Virus record (IMG/VR): IMGVR_UViG_3300050343_000215
Coordinates: 96,001 to 160,000 of that record
Direction: 5' to 3' (one strand)
Origin: a virus
DNA length: 64,000 nucleotides
The position numbers and the translations under genes are program-made. Shown here piece after piece: positions 45,982 to 57,408 of this stretch; the first letter of the stretch is position 1, and every line of letters starts with the position of its first letter. A model generated the notes under the pieces. It had not been told where the DNA came from and did not search any database. It saw only the letters and a list, made by a program, of their open reading frames with translations.

Positions 45982-47981
45982 TAGCTCAGACCTCCACCAG
46001 AAATATAGGCGACATTTGTTGCAATAAAGACAAGAGTTGCTACTCCTCTAGCTGCTAATGTTTTATCACTATCCGCCCCATCAGCGGTATTATATAATGT
46101 AAATGAACTTCGTGTGATTGTCATACTAGTTGCAGAATTATTCATAATAGTAATCATATCACCAGCTGAAACTGTACTAATGTCAGCAACAGTTATATTT
46201 CCGCCAGTTCTAACAACCATTTTCCCAATATCACTTCCAATCAAAGTATAGTCGCTAGTGATTGGATTGTTGAGTCCAAGTCTTCTCAGTGGACCGAGTG
46301 AGTCACTGATTGAGCCAGCAAATATGGCGCTGCCGTCCTCATTCAGGTCAATTGTGTATGCAGTATCTTCCTTGTTTCTAATAAATACACCGCTACCAAT
46401 ACCGCCTTTGACAAGCACATTAGCTTTAACAGTCAGATCACCCTCAAATGTGGCGGTGCCATATGCACCCTGTAGGTCAATTTTAGTCGTAGTTCCATCA
46501 CCTAAAATCAACCTTGAGGATGAAGTCTCTTTGTATAACCCTCCCAGGTTTGTGCTGCCAGCATTGACCTGGAATGCATAGGTATCGTCGGTAGGGTTGT
46601 TTAGAATAGTACCCGCAAATGTGCCTGTGCCGTTTACACTAAGACCAATATTAGTTTCCCACAATCCACTGGTATTATTGTAAGTAATCGTCTTATCAGT
46701 AGCTCCTTTCAGTGTAATACCACCACCATCTGCTGTGGTATCAGAAGGAGATGATACATTACCAAGTTCAATGTTCTTATCTTCTACGGTTAAAGTAGTT
46801 GAGTCAATGGTGGTCGTAGTTCCTGAAATATCAACGTTACCTACAACATAAAGATCTTTCCAGATAACAACTCTTTCATTTCCAGTATCAGTTCTAAATT
46901 GCAAGTAATCAGTAGTACTTCCATTTTTTCTAAAACTTAAAGAATTTTGTAAATTACTTGGAAAGTAAATGTAATTTTCTATTGCATTTGAAAATCGTAA
47001 ATGGTTTTTTGCAACTATTTTAGTATTAACTGTTGTTGTGCCGCTACCACTAGCATTTCCAATTATAACATCATTATTATTGATTAAAAGATTAAATGTA
47101 TTTGCTGATGAAAGAAGTTCCCCACCATTAACCGCAATCTTACCAGAGCAAGCAAGGTCATCACTGAGAATATTGAAGTTAGTATTTCCACCTCCACCAG
47201 AAACACCCATGTTGATGGTAGTTGCTGCACCAAACGCATTAATCTGTGTTGCTACTGTATTGAAAAGAGCTTGTGTAGTCTCTGATCCAACAATCGTAGG
47301 ATTTCTAAGTGTCAGAGTTCCTGTAGTTGCACCAAGACGAATGTCAGTACCAGCACCAAATGCCTCTACAGTTGTTGCATAATCATCAAATAAATCAACT
47401 GTAGCTTGAGTACTAGGAACTCTAACGTCACCTGAGTCTACCTGAAGATATCCTGTAAATGTTGAGTTTTCATCAACAGTCAGTGTATCAATGCTAGCAG
47501 TACCATCAATCCAAATATTATTCCACTGTTTTGTTGCAGAACCTAAGTTATAGTTTGCAGTACTATCTGGAACAATACTAGATGTAAGTTCGGCATTAAA
47601 TACGATGTTATCAGTATTAAGATCACCAAATGTTAGTGTGCCACCTGATGCAGCACCAGCTCTAAATGTAATATCGCCGTCTACTTCTAAATCACCACTA
47701 ATTGATAAACTACTAGTAAGACCAATCTTACTTGCATTTACCTTGTAAAAACCTTGTCCAGAATCCCAAAATAAACTTGGCGATGCAAACGTACCAGGAT
47801 CCATCCCATGGGTCTGGTTGATTAAATCAACATCACCATTGACAATTTCATTGATGCCATTTACGAGCACATTCGTTGGCGTTAATAACGTTGCTGCATC
47901 ACCAACATCAGTACCGATGAGGTTAACCATCTGACGCTGTTGCTCAAACGTAAAAGTTGTAAGGACTTCTCTAATTGCCAT
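45981..47981 (-). CDS. Tail fibre-like protein
   Basis: FTFEQQRQ N-terminus, TTTIDSTTLTVEDKNIELG...ADGGGITLKGATDKT module, C-terminal AYISGGGLS. Confidence 0.75.
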   Translation of the reverse strand: MAIREVLTTFTFEQQRQMVNLIGTDVGDAATLLTPTNVLVNGINEIVNGDVDLINQTHGMDPGTFASPSLFWDSGQGFYKVNASKIGLTSSLSISGDLEVDGDITFRAGAASGGTLTFGDLNTDNIVFNAELTSSIVPDSTANYNLGSATKQWNNIWIDGTASIDTLTVDENSTFTGYLQVDSGDVRVPSTQATVDLFDDYATTVEAFGAGTDIRLGATTGTLTLRNPTIVGSETTQALFNTVATQINAFGAATTINMGVSGGGGNTNFNILSDDLACSGKIAVNGGELLSSANTFNLLINNNDVIIGNASGSGTTTVNTKIVAKNHLRFSNAIENYIYFPSNLQNSLSFRKNGSTTDYLQFRTDTGNERVVIWKDLYVVGNVDISGTTTTIDSTTLTVEDKNIELGNVSSPSDTTADGGGITLKGATDKTITYNNTSGLWETNIGLSVNGTGTFAGTILNNPTDDTYAFQVNAGSTNLGGLYKETSSSRLILGDGTTTKIDLQGAYGTATFEGDLTVKANVLVKGGIGSGVFIRNKEDTAYTIDLNEDGSAIFAGSISDSLGPLRRLGLNNPITSDYTLIGSDIGKMVVRTGGNITVADISTVSAGDMITIMNNSATSMTITRSSFTLYNTADGADSDKTLAARGVATLVFIATNVAYISGGGLS

Positions 47982-48174
47982 TGGTAAGTTTCTTTAATAA
48001 CTGCTTGATTTCATCAAGTTCTTGCTTCAAAGTATTTATCTCCGAAACCATCCCTTCTCTATTTGCCTTCGCTTTCATATAACGTTCATAGTCTGCCTGA
48101 CTAGAATTGATCACAGCACCACTATCAGGATCCCTATAGAGATTGCTGTGACCTTCAACTTTTACTTTAATCAT
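47971..48174 (-). CDS. Small conserved hypothetical protein
   Basis: NLYRD..SGAVIN, coiled-coil C-terminus; coupled to both neighbours. Confidence 0.75.
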   Translation of the reverse strand: MIKVKVEGHSNLYRDPDSGAVINSSQADYERYMKAKANREGMVSEINTLKQELDEIKQLLKKLTNGN

Positions 48175-51100
48175 GAATGTGCAATTACTCGGAGATCTTC
48201 AACTCGTGGAGCAAGTGCTGGATCAGTACCAGCAAACACCAATTTAATCGCAAACGCTGAGAATGGTTTCAAATTATTTGCGGTATAAACATATTCCAGA
48301 TAAGAATTCATGTCTTCCATTGATGGGGACAATGATTTACTTTGTTCTGGAGTAATATTTGAGTTAAAATCAGAGAGTCCAGTACCATTAAAATACTGCC
48401 ACGCCATTTCAGAGAAGTTATCAGAACTTCCATCAGGACGAATCTTGAAAAGAACCTTGACATTTTCATTGCTAAACAAGTTAGCTGTTAACTTACAATC
48501 CAAAGATGTTGCGGGACTATCCAAACTTACCTCTTTTGTAATATACTTAGAGGCAGTAGAGCTATTAAATGTAGTTTCGTCAACATAAAGGAATCCATTA
48601 CTTTGGGAGACTGCGCTCACAAGTCTAGTAGTTACTGGAGAAGTTCCTGAATTTGTATCATCAATTCGGTCATTTACAGAGAAAAGATTGTCAGTAATTA
48701 CTTTCACTTTTAGATTTCCAGTACCGGAATCCCATCCGATAACAATACCAGTTTTGATTACTATTCCTCCAAGAACTGCACTTACAGAACCCTGAGCAAC
48801 AGGTTGTCCATCAACAAATGTTCCTGTAATATCAATTAATTCAAGTATACCACCATTAACATTTACAACCTGTCCAGATGCACCGGAACCAGCTTGAGTT
48901 AATCTACTAGCACTGTCAACAGTATTGATAAATGTTCCGCCAGTTACACCACTCATAGTAAATTGTCCAGCTTGAACAACGTCAGGAGAAACTGTAGATA
49001 CAGTAAAATCAGAAGTTACTGGTACAACTAATGTTTGTGAAATAGCACCAAATCTATCTTCATTTCCTTTTGGATTATCCATTCGTGAAGACGCTGTAAT
49101 TAAGTTACAACGACTAAGATCAACAACAGGAGAAAGATTATCTTGATCAGTGCTCAATGAAATAGTATAAGTTATAGACTTATTACCATTCAAAAGTGAA
49201 GCTTGATTACGATAAACTTCATTGACAGATGATGCAATCACTCTAGTTTCTTCAAAATAATAATTATCATTTGGACTTAAGTTAAACGTAGGTGAAATTG
49301 TATATTCGTTGGTTAGTGTAGAATCAACTGGTCTTCCGAATGCAGTTTTAATATTTTGAGATACCGATGATGATGGGAATACCATCATTGAAACTTGAGG
49401 AGTTGCAATTTGATACAACTTATTTGTTGTAGATATAACATTAAAACCACCACCAGATCCACTACCAGTCATATTGACATTTGCAGCGTTCCATAATGTT
49501 GTATCAATCATTATACAATAATCATCAAGACCAGTATTCTGAACGGAGTGGAATCCATTGATCAATGTAACAGGAATTCCATAGATTGAATTGTTTGCTC
49601 CAGATCCTACGACGTTCTTAAGAATAGTAAAATCTCCATCTTTCATTCCATGATTTGGTTGTTTCACACGAATAACTTTTTGGTTAGTACCAAACAATGC
49701 AGAAGATCCATCAGTGTTATCAACAGTAATAGGATTGTCGGGAAGATTCACAAAATCAAGATCTTCATTTCTAAATTCAATTGATGCACTTGAGTTAGTT
49801 TGAAATAAACATCTATTTACATCAAATTTAATTGCTTCAGCAGTATCTTCGGACCATGCTGTAGAATTCTGAGATTTGAACAAAGCTCCAACGTTAGATT
49901 GAGCAGATGCAATAACAGAACTTCCAAGAAGTTTCTCTCCAATTTTAGCACTGTAAATTTCATAATCCGGTGATGAAGATGAGATTACAAATGCATATTT
50001 TGTATCGTTTTGGAGATATACTGGTGATGTAAATTTAAATCTAGTCCTTGTGTTGCTATCAACTGAAGTTGAAATTCCCATCCTGACAGCAGGATTAGTT
50101 ATTCTAATAAACGATGTTGCTGTTGCTTGACCATCACCTCCTGAAATTGTGACGTTAGGTGGGGTATAATAATTTGAACCTCTATTTGTTAATTCAACTT
50201 CATAAATTTTTCCATTATAAATTTTTGCGGTAGCAGTGGCATTTACGCCAAATGTTCCTCCATTTTCACCAAAAACGTTGACCGATGTTGTATCATTGGC
50301 ATAACCACTTCCAAATGATGTTACTTTAATTCTATCAATAATACCAGAATCTTCATCAATATTGAATGTTGTTGTAGAAATAGCAGGGGCTCTCTCTACA
50401 GTAAATGCTTCACCTGGAATAAATTCTTTACCATTATGATTAGAAAGAATCAAATTATATCTGGTGTTAGTTGTAGTAACTGTCAAATCTGATTTGACTG
50501 TTCCTGATGCTCCTGATGCTGATCCTTTGATAGTCTCACCTTTCAGGATAGTCTCACCAGATGGAACATCTGTATTAATTTTAATTCTGAGTTGAGTGTC
50601 GGACTCAAGTGTAGATTCACTAAATGGAATTATATTTCTGGTGGGTAATCCACCATTAGTGTCAACCAAATAAACTGTTACTGGTCTATCAGTTTCCTCA
50701 TCAGTAGGAGTCTGCTTGTTCTTGAAATATAAATCCACACTAGATACAAACATTCCCCCATCAAATCCAGAAACTTTAAAAGTTTGTGCAAGAGGATCTA
50801 GTAAACCAGTTTGATTTACATTGACTAAAGAACTTCCAACATATTGAACTGTGTCAGAATTTGAAGTAGATCTTCTATTAATATAAGGAACTCTTGTGGA
50901 TTGAATTGATGTAGTAGAAGTATTGGGGAAACCACTTACAGTATATACTGCCTCTGCAAATGTAGCTACATCACCAGAATCGCTGGAATTACTACTGCTA
51001 GAAGTTAATCTAAATGACTTACTGCCAGCAACAAAAGATCTCTTAGTACTTGCATTATCATAGAATATACTTGGAGAGTTAGTCATATCCAAACTCTTTC

Positions 51101-54100
51101 TACTTTTTCTAGGTGCAAATCCATTTGGAATCAAGAAGAAACCACTAATATTACCTTTGTCATCTGTGACGATCTTTTCACCAAAACCTTTTTCAGCATA
51201 ACCAGCTTTTCCAGTAAATGGAGTGGTTAAGCTAGTAACATTATCTGGGTTGACCCATGAAGAAACACTAATGCCATCAAAGAAAGCATAGAGTTGAGTA
51301 TCAGGTTCAAGACCTTTCGCAACAAATTTTACAAGTTTAGTTCTAATGTAAGGAACATATGGTGTGGAAACAGCTCTTTGACCTCTGTCTACAGAAGATG
51401 CTCCATATGGAGACAATCTGTTCTGGGTGCCATTTCTACTTCTAGTTCTAGTTTTTCCTTTAATAACTAGATTAGGATCACCAGCAAATTGTGAAGTAGT
51501 AGTATTGGTAGAATTATTCAGAGTATATGTTGGAGTTCCAGTCCAAGAAATTTGCCATTCATTCCATAAACTGCCCCAAACATTGTTATCATTCTTGATA
51601 ACATCAAATATTGAATTTTCATTAACAATTAATTCAGGAGATGTTACAGTATCTTTCCATTCATCAATATCAGGTTGCAGCAACATCATTCCAGAATACT
51701 TGGAAGTTTTACCTACGTTTAACTTAAGTGTTTTTGTTGAATACTGATTAGTTATAGTGTTCTGCTCAGTAAATGGAAGTGTGACTAAATCACCTTTCTT
51801 AACATATCCACTTGCAGTTCTCTGCAGATCAGTAAGATTTTTCTCCTCAAGTTTAGTTTGAGAAGAAGCAAAACTTGGTCTAAGAACACCAGTTTGTGTA
51901 TCAATAGAACACTTATAATCTATAGACGAAGTATTTCCTACTCCATGTCCTTCAAAGTTATCTACAAGAATACCATTCTTGAACCTATCATTACCAAACT
52001 CGTCTCTAACTTGAGTATTAAATGTATCCTGCTCCAGGAGACTTAATACTGTATAGTATTCAAGTTTTTCAACTCTCTTCTCAAGTTTACCGATATCACG
52101 CATCGTATAACGACGGTTGTCAAAATTCTTGACAGTAACATCGGATAACTTATAAGTATATGCTGGAATATTCAAATGATAAAGAAGAATTCCATCAGAA
52201 ATTTCTTCTGGAACCTGTGGATTAAGAGAAGGAGTTCCCTTAGCAACAACAAAGTTACCAGATTTAGAAATATAAATGGAATCAATTCTATTCAAATAGA
52301 ATTCATAATTAGACTCAAATGTAGTTCCAGAAATAGGCAAAGGAGCAGAAGATGATCCTAAACCACTAAATTTCAAAGCATCAATTGTTCTTGAATCACT
52401 ATACCCAGGAAGAACTGTTGCGGTATTAAGACCAGTAAAATCAGATACCCTTGGTCTAAAATCAACAACATCTCTTAAAGAAATTTTTCCAAATACTGAT
52501 GAATCATAATTGGGAATATCTTTATACTCAATATTAGTATAAGAGTCTACGGTGAAATATCCACTACCAGCAGAGCCTGTACCAACACCGCCAATATGAT
52601 CAAAGTAATCATACACTACTAATAATTGATTACTTGGAGCAATCTCGCCTGGTTTTAAGATAATTCTTGCAAGATCATAATGAGTATCTCTTTGACCACC
52701 ATCAAATGTAAATCTATCAGTAATCTCAACATCATTATTAGTTGCAGGCGCTGTTGTTGACGACATAAAAACTGATATTAGTTTAAGACCATCAGCATAT
52801 TCAAGAGGAATTACGGGATCATTAAATCCAGTTGCAATATTTGATTCTACACTAGACTTAAGGACTTTAGTTTTTGGTGAAGTATCAACTTTTCTGACAG
52901 GAGCAATAAGTTTAAATGGTGTGTTTGCAAACCCAGTAAAACTACTCATATCAATGTTGATACTCGTGCCATTAGCACCTATTGCAACCTTACCAGAAAT
53001 ATCAAGAAGATTTCCGCTAGTCGGATTAGACATAACATAATCACCAGCCGAATAATTGAGGAACTGTTCATTGGTTCCAACAGTTACACTTGCTAAAGAA
53101 TTGGAATCAAAATTACCTAAAAATTCTTTTGCTACAGTATAGTTGATATTCGTGTCATTAGGATCTAAAACCTGAGTTTTGACATCTTTATTAGGGAGTG
53201 CATATAGAAGTGTGTTAGAGGCGACTCCAGACAACTTAGAACGCTTCCTTTGGATACTCTTGGTAGTGAAAGCAGACAATATTTCGCCATATACAAAAAT
53301 TCTTGCTGTAGTAGTAGCTCCATCAATACATGCAAATTTTACAACATATTTTCTGACACGTCCAACATTATCAATAACAGAAATAATATCTCCCTCAACC
53401 AAATCAAGATCTGGTCTTGACCCAAGATTATCTGCAGTAATGAAATAATCACCTTCAATGGCACTAAAAGTTGATCCGCCTGCAACCGCAAACGATGATT
53501 CTACTGAAGCAATATCGCCAGCAAAAGGATTTCCTGTGGTAGTTCCATAGAAACTTCTAACGAAAGATGAATTATAAGGTACTATATTTTTGTAGTTCAT
53601 AACAGGAGTAACTACAGCTCCAGAACCTGTTGTCGCGACAACCTGAATTTCGGGAGCTGTACTGAATTTACCAATAGCAGCTCTAGTTGTATCAGTAATT
53701 GTAATTACTCTAAGTTGATTATTTGTTACAGTAATATTTGATGCTTCAATTGTAGTGAGTTGATTCACTCCGCCAATATTAATAGCAGTAATGTCAGCAG
53801 CATCAACATATGCTGCTCCAAAATTTTGAATCTTGAATTCTGAAATAGTTCCTTCTGTTTCAATAAAGTTAAATGGAGTTGATGCACCATCTTGTTCAGA
53901 TGCAAGAGTTTCTCCCTCAGAGAACTCTCCAACAACTCTGGAAAGAATTAATTCTTTAGAGTCCGCAATAAGTTGTTCAACAATACCTCTGGCACCACTA
54001 GTTTGTCCAGTAATGAATTTACCTACACTAAAGTTTAGTGGATCTTTACATTTAATTCTTACAAAATACTCTAATCCAAATAAACCATGCCTAAACAAAC

Positions 54101-55751
54101 AATCTTTATCATATGCACCATTTGATGAATTTCCGGTAAGATATTTAAAAGATTTTGTTTTACCAATGCCAACAAAAGGAGTTGTAACATATTCTGCTGA
54201 TTTCACAGTCGCCGTGACTGCACCAATCGTGATAGATCCACCAATAGCAAATGCACCACTGCCGCTGGTACGCTTACATACTACAAAAGCTTTATTTTGA
54301 GATTCATTAATATGATAAGCAAAAGCAGTACCAGTTTGACCCGACAACGACCACGTAGTTGTACCGCCACCATCAGTTACTGGATTTGTAGTTGCAGAAA
54401 GGGATGATAATGTGAAAATAAAATATGCATCAGTTTCTGGCGCATTAGAATCAAGATTCTTTGTAGTATCACCAAATTCAGTATCTGTATGTCTATCATA
54501 CAGGACTACTTCTTGATTTGCATTTGTGCTAACAAGACCTAAACCAGTAACATTTTCTGATCTAGATTCAACATCAGGAAATGAAAGTAAATTCTTTACT
54601 GTATAATTAGATCCCTCTGAAGCAGAAATTGAATTATTTTCTTGAGTCTGTGTATCTCTAGCTTTTTCAATAGAAACATATCTAGTTGAAGTTGTTTCAA
54701 TCTCATATCCCTTGACATATGCTTTGCCAGGTTCAATAACTGATACAAACTTATCTGCAGACCCTCCTTGAGAAACAGTATATACACCATTATTGTCGGT
54801 ACTTGCAAGACTCTCCTTGAGACTAAGCAAGAACTCTTTAACTACATAATTGCCAGACTCATCAAAAGTCCTTCTAGCAAGAATATCTTCAACGAGACCA
54901 TTAGTGTTGGAAAGTTCTACAACTGGTGTAGTAATTCCATTCTTAATTTGAAGTAACTGAACAAAATCTCTCTGGTCAGGTGCATCAATTGGTCTTGAGA
55001 CTAATGTAAGTCCAATCTTAAGTCTATGTGCTCCAGGAGCAGCAAAGTTAGAATATCCCTGTGCATTATCCAGAAGTGAAAGTTCTTCTTCTGGTGTTGT
55101 TAACTGTTCTGAAACAATAAATCCAACTTTATAAGTCGGAGTATTATTGTATTTTTCAAGAATAATTGTTTGTGAAGCTGTCTTTACTAAAGACCCATTA
55201 ATAAAATAGATACCTTCATTTACAGAAACTGCTGTACCAAACCCCATCGCATTAGAGGTAGTTGGTTTCACATTTCCACTAACACCAACAATTGCTGTGG
55301 GAGCTCCAGCAGAATTAGAAGTAATTGTTTCACCTTCTATGAAGGTGAGGGAAGTGTTTGTATCGCCACTACTTTCATACTTAACAAAAAGTGTAGCGGA
55401 ATCCGTTGTTGTTGATGCAGTAGCATTGACAACAGTAGCGACAATACCAGAAGTATTGCCAGTCATTTTTTTACCGATGTAATCGGTAATTAGCAAATTA
55501 TTTGTAAAAGAACTAACCTTTACAAAATTAAATTGCCTATCTACAATAAGTTCCCCAGGTACTACAATAGAACCTTGTTTAAAATTTGCTTTCGCAAGAC
55601 TTTCTACTTGATTCTGTAAAATTGATTGCAGCGTAGTGAGTTCCCTAGACTGGATAGAATATCCAGGTCTAAAGAGAACTCTGTAAAAATTATTATTCGG
55701 ATCAAAATCATCAAAATAAGGAGCTTTATTTAAGTTAGTACTCTGGGGCAT
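48171..55751 (-). CDS. Giant baseplate- or fibre-associated structural protein (DUF4815/VrlC-like), 2526 aa
   Basis: TNLN.APYFDDFD...FYRVLFRPG.SIQ.RELT.LQS, NRRYTMRDIGKLEKR, DRFKNGILVDNF, DPLAQTF. Confidence 0.85.
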   Translation of the reverse strand: MPQSTNLNKAPYFDDFDPNNNFYRVLFRPGYSIQSRELTTLQSILQNQVESLAKANFKQGSIVVPGELIVDRQFNFVKVSSFTNNLLITDYIGKKMTGNTSGIVATVVNATASTTTDSATLFVKYESSGDTNTSLTFIEGETITSNSAGAPTAIVGVSGNVKPTTSNAMGFGTAVSVNEGIYFINGSLVKTASQTIILEKYNNTPTYKVGFIVSEQLTTPEEELSLLDNAQGYSNFAAPGAHRLKIGLTLVSRPIDAPDQRDFVQLLQIKNGITTPVVELSNTNGLVEDILARRTFDESGNYVVKEFLLSLKESLASTDNNGVYTVSQGGSADKFVSVIEPGKAYVKGYEIETTSTRYVSIEKARDTQTQENNSISASEGSNYTVKNLLSFPDVESRSENVTGLGLVSTNANQEVVLYDRHTDTEFGDTTKNLDSNAPETDAYFIFTLSSLSATTNPVTDGGGTTTWSLSGQTGTAFAYHINESQNKAFVVCKRTSGSGAFAIGGSITIGAVTATVKSAEYVTTPFVGIGKTKSFKYLTGNSSNGAYDKDCLFRHGLFGLEYFVRIKCKDPLNFSVGKFITGQTSGARGIVEQLIADSKELILSRVVGEFSEGETLASEQDGASTPFNFIETEGTISEFKIQNFGAAYVDAADITAINIGGVNQLTTIEASNITVTNNQLRVITITDTTRAAIGKFSTAPEIQVVATTGSGAVVTPVMNYKNIVPYNSSFVRSFYGTTTGNPFAGDIASVESSFAVAGGSTFSAIEGDYFITADNLGSRPDLDLVEGDIISVIDNVGRVRKYVVKFACIDGATTTARIFVYGEILSAFTTKSIQRKRSKLSGVASNTLLYALPNKDVKTQVLDPNDTNINYTVAKEFLGNFDSNSLASVTVGTNEQFLNYSAGDYVMSNPTSGNLLDISGKVAIGANGTSINIDMSSFTGFANTPFKLIAPVRKVDTSPKTKVLKSSVESNIATGFNDPVIPLEYADGLKLISVFMSSTTAPATNNDVEITDRFTFDGGQRDTHYDLARIILKPGEIAPSNQLLVVYDYFDHIGGVGTGSAGSGYFTVDSYTNIEYKDIPNYDSSVFGKISLRDVVDFRPRVSDFTGLNTATVLPGYSDSRTIDALKFSGLGSSSAPLPISGTTFESNYEFYLNRIDSIYISKSGNFVVAKGTPSLNPQVPEEISDGILLYHLNIPAYTYKLSDVTVKNFDNRRYTMRDIGKLEKRVEKLEYYTVLSLLEQDTFNTQVRDEFGNDRFKNGILVDNFEGHGVGNTSSIDYKCSIDTQTGVLRPSFASSQTKLEEKNLTDLQRTASGYVKKGDLVTLPFTEQNTITNQYSTKTLKLNVGKTSKYSGMMLLQPDIDEWKDTVTSPELIVNENSIFDVIKNDNNVWGSLWNEWQISWTGTPTYTLNNSTNTTTSQFAGDPNLVIKGKTRTRSRNGTQNRLSPYGASSVDRGQRAVSTPYVPYIRTKLVKFVAKGLEPDTQLYAFFDGISVSSWVNPDNVTSLTTPFTGKAGYAEKGFGEKIVTDDKGNISGFFLIPNGFAPRKSRKSLDMTNSPSIFYDNASTKRSFVAGSKSFRLTSSSSNSSDSGDVATFAEAVYTVSGFPNTSTTSIQSTRVPYINRRSTSNSDTVQYVGSSLVNVNQTGLLDPLAQTFKVSGFDGGMFVSSVDLYFKNKQTPTDEETDRPVTVYLVDTNGGLPTRNIIPFSESTLESDTQLRIKINTDVPSGETILKGETIKGSASGASGTVKSDLTVTTTNTRYNLILSNHNGKEFIPGEAFTVERAPAISTTTFNIDEDSGIIDRIKVTSFGSGYANDTTSVNVFGENGGTFGVNATATAKIYNGKIYEVELTNRGSNYYTPPNVTISGGDGQATATSFIRITNPAVRMGISTSVDSNTRTRFKFTSPVYLQNDTKYAFVISSSSPDYEIYSAKIGEKLLGSSVIASAQSNVGALFKSQNSTAWSEDTAEAIKFDVNRCLFQTNSSASIEFRNEDLDFVNLPDNPITVDNTDGSSALFGTNQKVIRVKQPNHGMKDGDFTILKNVVGSGANNSIYGIPVTLINGFHSVQNTGLDDYCIMIDTTLWNAANVNMTGSGSGGGFNVISTTNKLYQIATPQVSMMVFPSSSVSQNIKTAFGRPVDSTLTNEYTISPTFNLSPNDNYYFEETRVIASSVNEVYRNQASLLNGNKSITYTISLSTDQDNLSPVVDLSRCNLITASSRMDNPKGNEDRFGAISQTLVVPVTSDFTVSTVSPDVVQAGQFTMSGVTGGTFINTVDSASRLTQAGSGASGQVVNVNGGILELIDITGTFVDGQPVAQGSVSAVLGGIVIKTGIVIGWDSGTGNLKVKVITDNLFSVNDRIDDTNSGTSPVTTRLVSAVSQSNGFLYVDETTFNSSTASKYITKEVSLDSPATSLDCKLTANLFSNENVKVLFKIRPDGSSDNFSEMAWQYFNGTGLSDFNSNITPEQSKSLSPSMEDMNSYLEYVYTANNLKPFSAFAIKLVFAGTDPALAPRVEDLRVIAHS

Positions 55752-55793
55752 ATTACTAGACTAGAATGTTGTTTTGATCTTATATGATATATA

Positions 55794-57365
55794 TCAGAAT
55801 TCTACGACCAATTTCACATCCTCAATTTGATCAATTGAGCGAGAAACTGTTCTTCTGTTTTCAACATAAATGATATCGCCTGTATACTTTTTAATCTCAG
55901 TATTAGCGTAACCGTTAGTAAAAGTTAGATTTGAAGTTGTAAGACTATAACTTGTTTCTGGAGTTTCAACTGCCCCAGAAACTGCACCTGTAATTGCATT
56001 AGCACCTGAGAAAGCAGGAAGATCTCCTTTGCTATCGCCAGTGATAATGTGCTCATAAGAACTCTGATAGAGTTTCAGAATCTTTGTGCCTGAATCCCAT
56101 GAAACAACTTTGCCCTTGGCATTAGTAGTTGCTTGGGTTACAGTTTCATCAATATTAAATGATGCAACTGTTGCTGAAGGGAATTTAACGGCTACAAGAG
56201 CGTTGTAGGTAGAAGATGTTGCAGCTCCGCCGCCTGTTTGCTCAGGATCGCGAAGAACTCCAATTCTTCTGAAGTCAGTGTCAACTGGGAACTCAAGATT
56301 CTCATCGTATTGAACTCTAGAGTTGACCATGACACGCTTAGTGCCAAGTTCTTTATTAATGTTATATCCATGTCCACCTGAAGGAGGAATGATTACTTCC
56401 AGAAGAGCGACAGATCCAGGGGCACCAATACCAGAAATTTCAGTTGCATTTACATTAATATAACCGTAGGTGTAACCAGATCCAGGAGTTGTGATAATTA
56501 CGTCACTAACAGCACCACTAGTTACTTTAACTGTTGCGATTGCCTGAGTACCACCGTTTTTTGCCCAATCTCCACGGACGGGAACATTAGTGTATCCAGT
56601 TACGTTGTTGTCAGTGTATCCAGTACCACCGCTATTAATAATAACAGTATCAACAGCACCATCAACTGCTGCTCCCTTAACATCAACACCGTTTGTGGGA
56701 TCTCCTGCAGATCCAACACCCCAGACAGCAGGTACGGGAATATACGATGTAGTGAAAAATTTAATTACATCATCTGTTCCAATACTATACAAGAACTTCC
56801 ATCTGTAACCATCAGCAGTACTGAAAATAGTTGTTCCAGTTCCTGAAGGAGCGACTGTAGAAGCAGTTCCGTTAGGGTTGGCAGGAGAAGAACCGTTGTA
56901 GATACATTTGTAAATTTTATAGTCATTTACAACATAAAATTTACCGCTATACAGGTGAGGAGCATTTTCACCAGCAGAGTTTGCCTTGAAATCAGCACTA
57001 TAATTAGAACGATACATGGAGTATGTGACTCCAGATGTCCAATTATGTCTCGGAACTACTAATCTCACATCCGAAGACTGAATTCTCTTGAGAGAAATCA
57101 TGTCATCAAATACTTCTTTTTCGTAATTGAAACTGTCAATGGGAGTTGGAGGATTATTTTCGTTTGGAGCAGCGAGATATGAACCACTGTGCTGACTACC
57201 TGCGGGTTGACCAACATATGAGAGAGCGCCAGCTACAGTAGCGGTGTCCCAGGTTTGGGGTCTACCCATGAAGAAGTACATATTAGTGGCAGCCGTCTCA
57301 GAAAATGCTTCCTCAAACTGTTGAGCATTATGAATTCTAAATTGTTCAGAAATTAAAGCTGGCAT
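55794..57365 (-). CDS. gp8: Baseplate wedge subunit
   Basis: FRIHNA..F, DMISLKRI, DGYRWKFLY, GDIIYVENR...R..DQIEDVKLVVEF. Confidence 0.92.
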   Translation of the reverse strand: MPALISEQFRIHNAQQFEEAFSETAATNMYFFMGRPQTWDTATVAGALSYVGQPAGSQHSGSYLAAPNENNPPTPIDSFNYEKEVFDDMISLKRIQSSDVRLVVPRHNWTSGVTYSMYRSNYSADFKANSAGENAPHLYSGKFYVVNDYKIYKCIYNGSSPANPNGTASTVAPSGTGTTIFSTADGYRWKFLYSIGTDDVIKFFTTSYIPVPAVWGVGSAGDPTNGVDVKGAAVDGAVDTVIINSGGTGYTDNNVTGYTNVPVRGDWAKNGGTQAIATVKVTSGAVSDVIITTPGSGYTYGYINVNATEISGIGAPGSVALLEVIIPPSGGHGYNINKELGTKRVMVNSRVQYDENLEFPVDTDFRRIGVLRDPEQTGGGAATSSTYNALVAVKFPSATVASFNIDETVTQATTNAKGKVVSWDSGTKILKLYQSSYEHIITGDSKGDLPAFSGANAITGAVSGAVETPETSYSLTTSNLTFTNGYANTEIKKYTGDIIYVENRRTVSRSIDQIEDVKLVVEF

Positions 57366-57408
57366 TGCTATAAATGGTTTACGGTTTTCCTTGTGTTATT
57401 TATATTTA

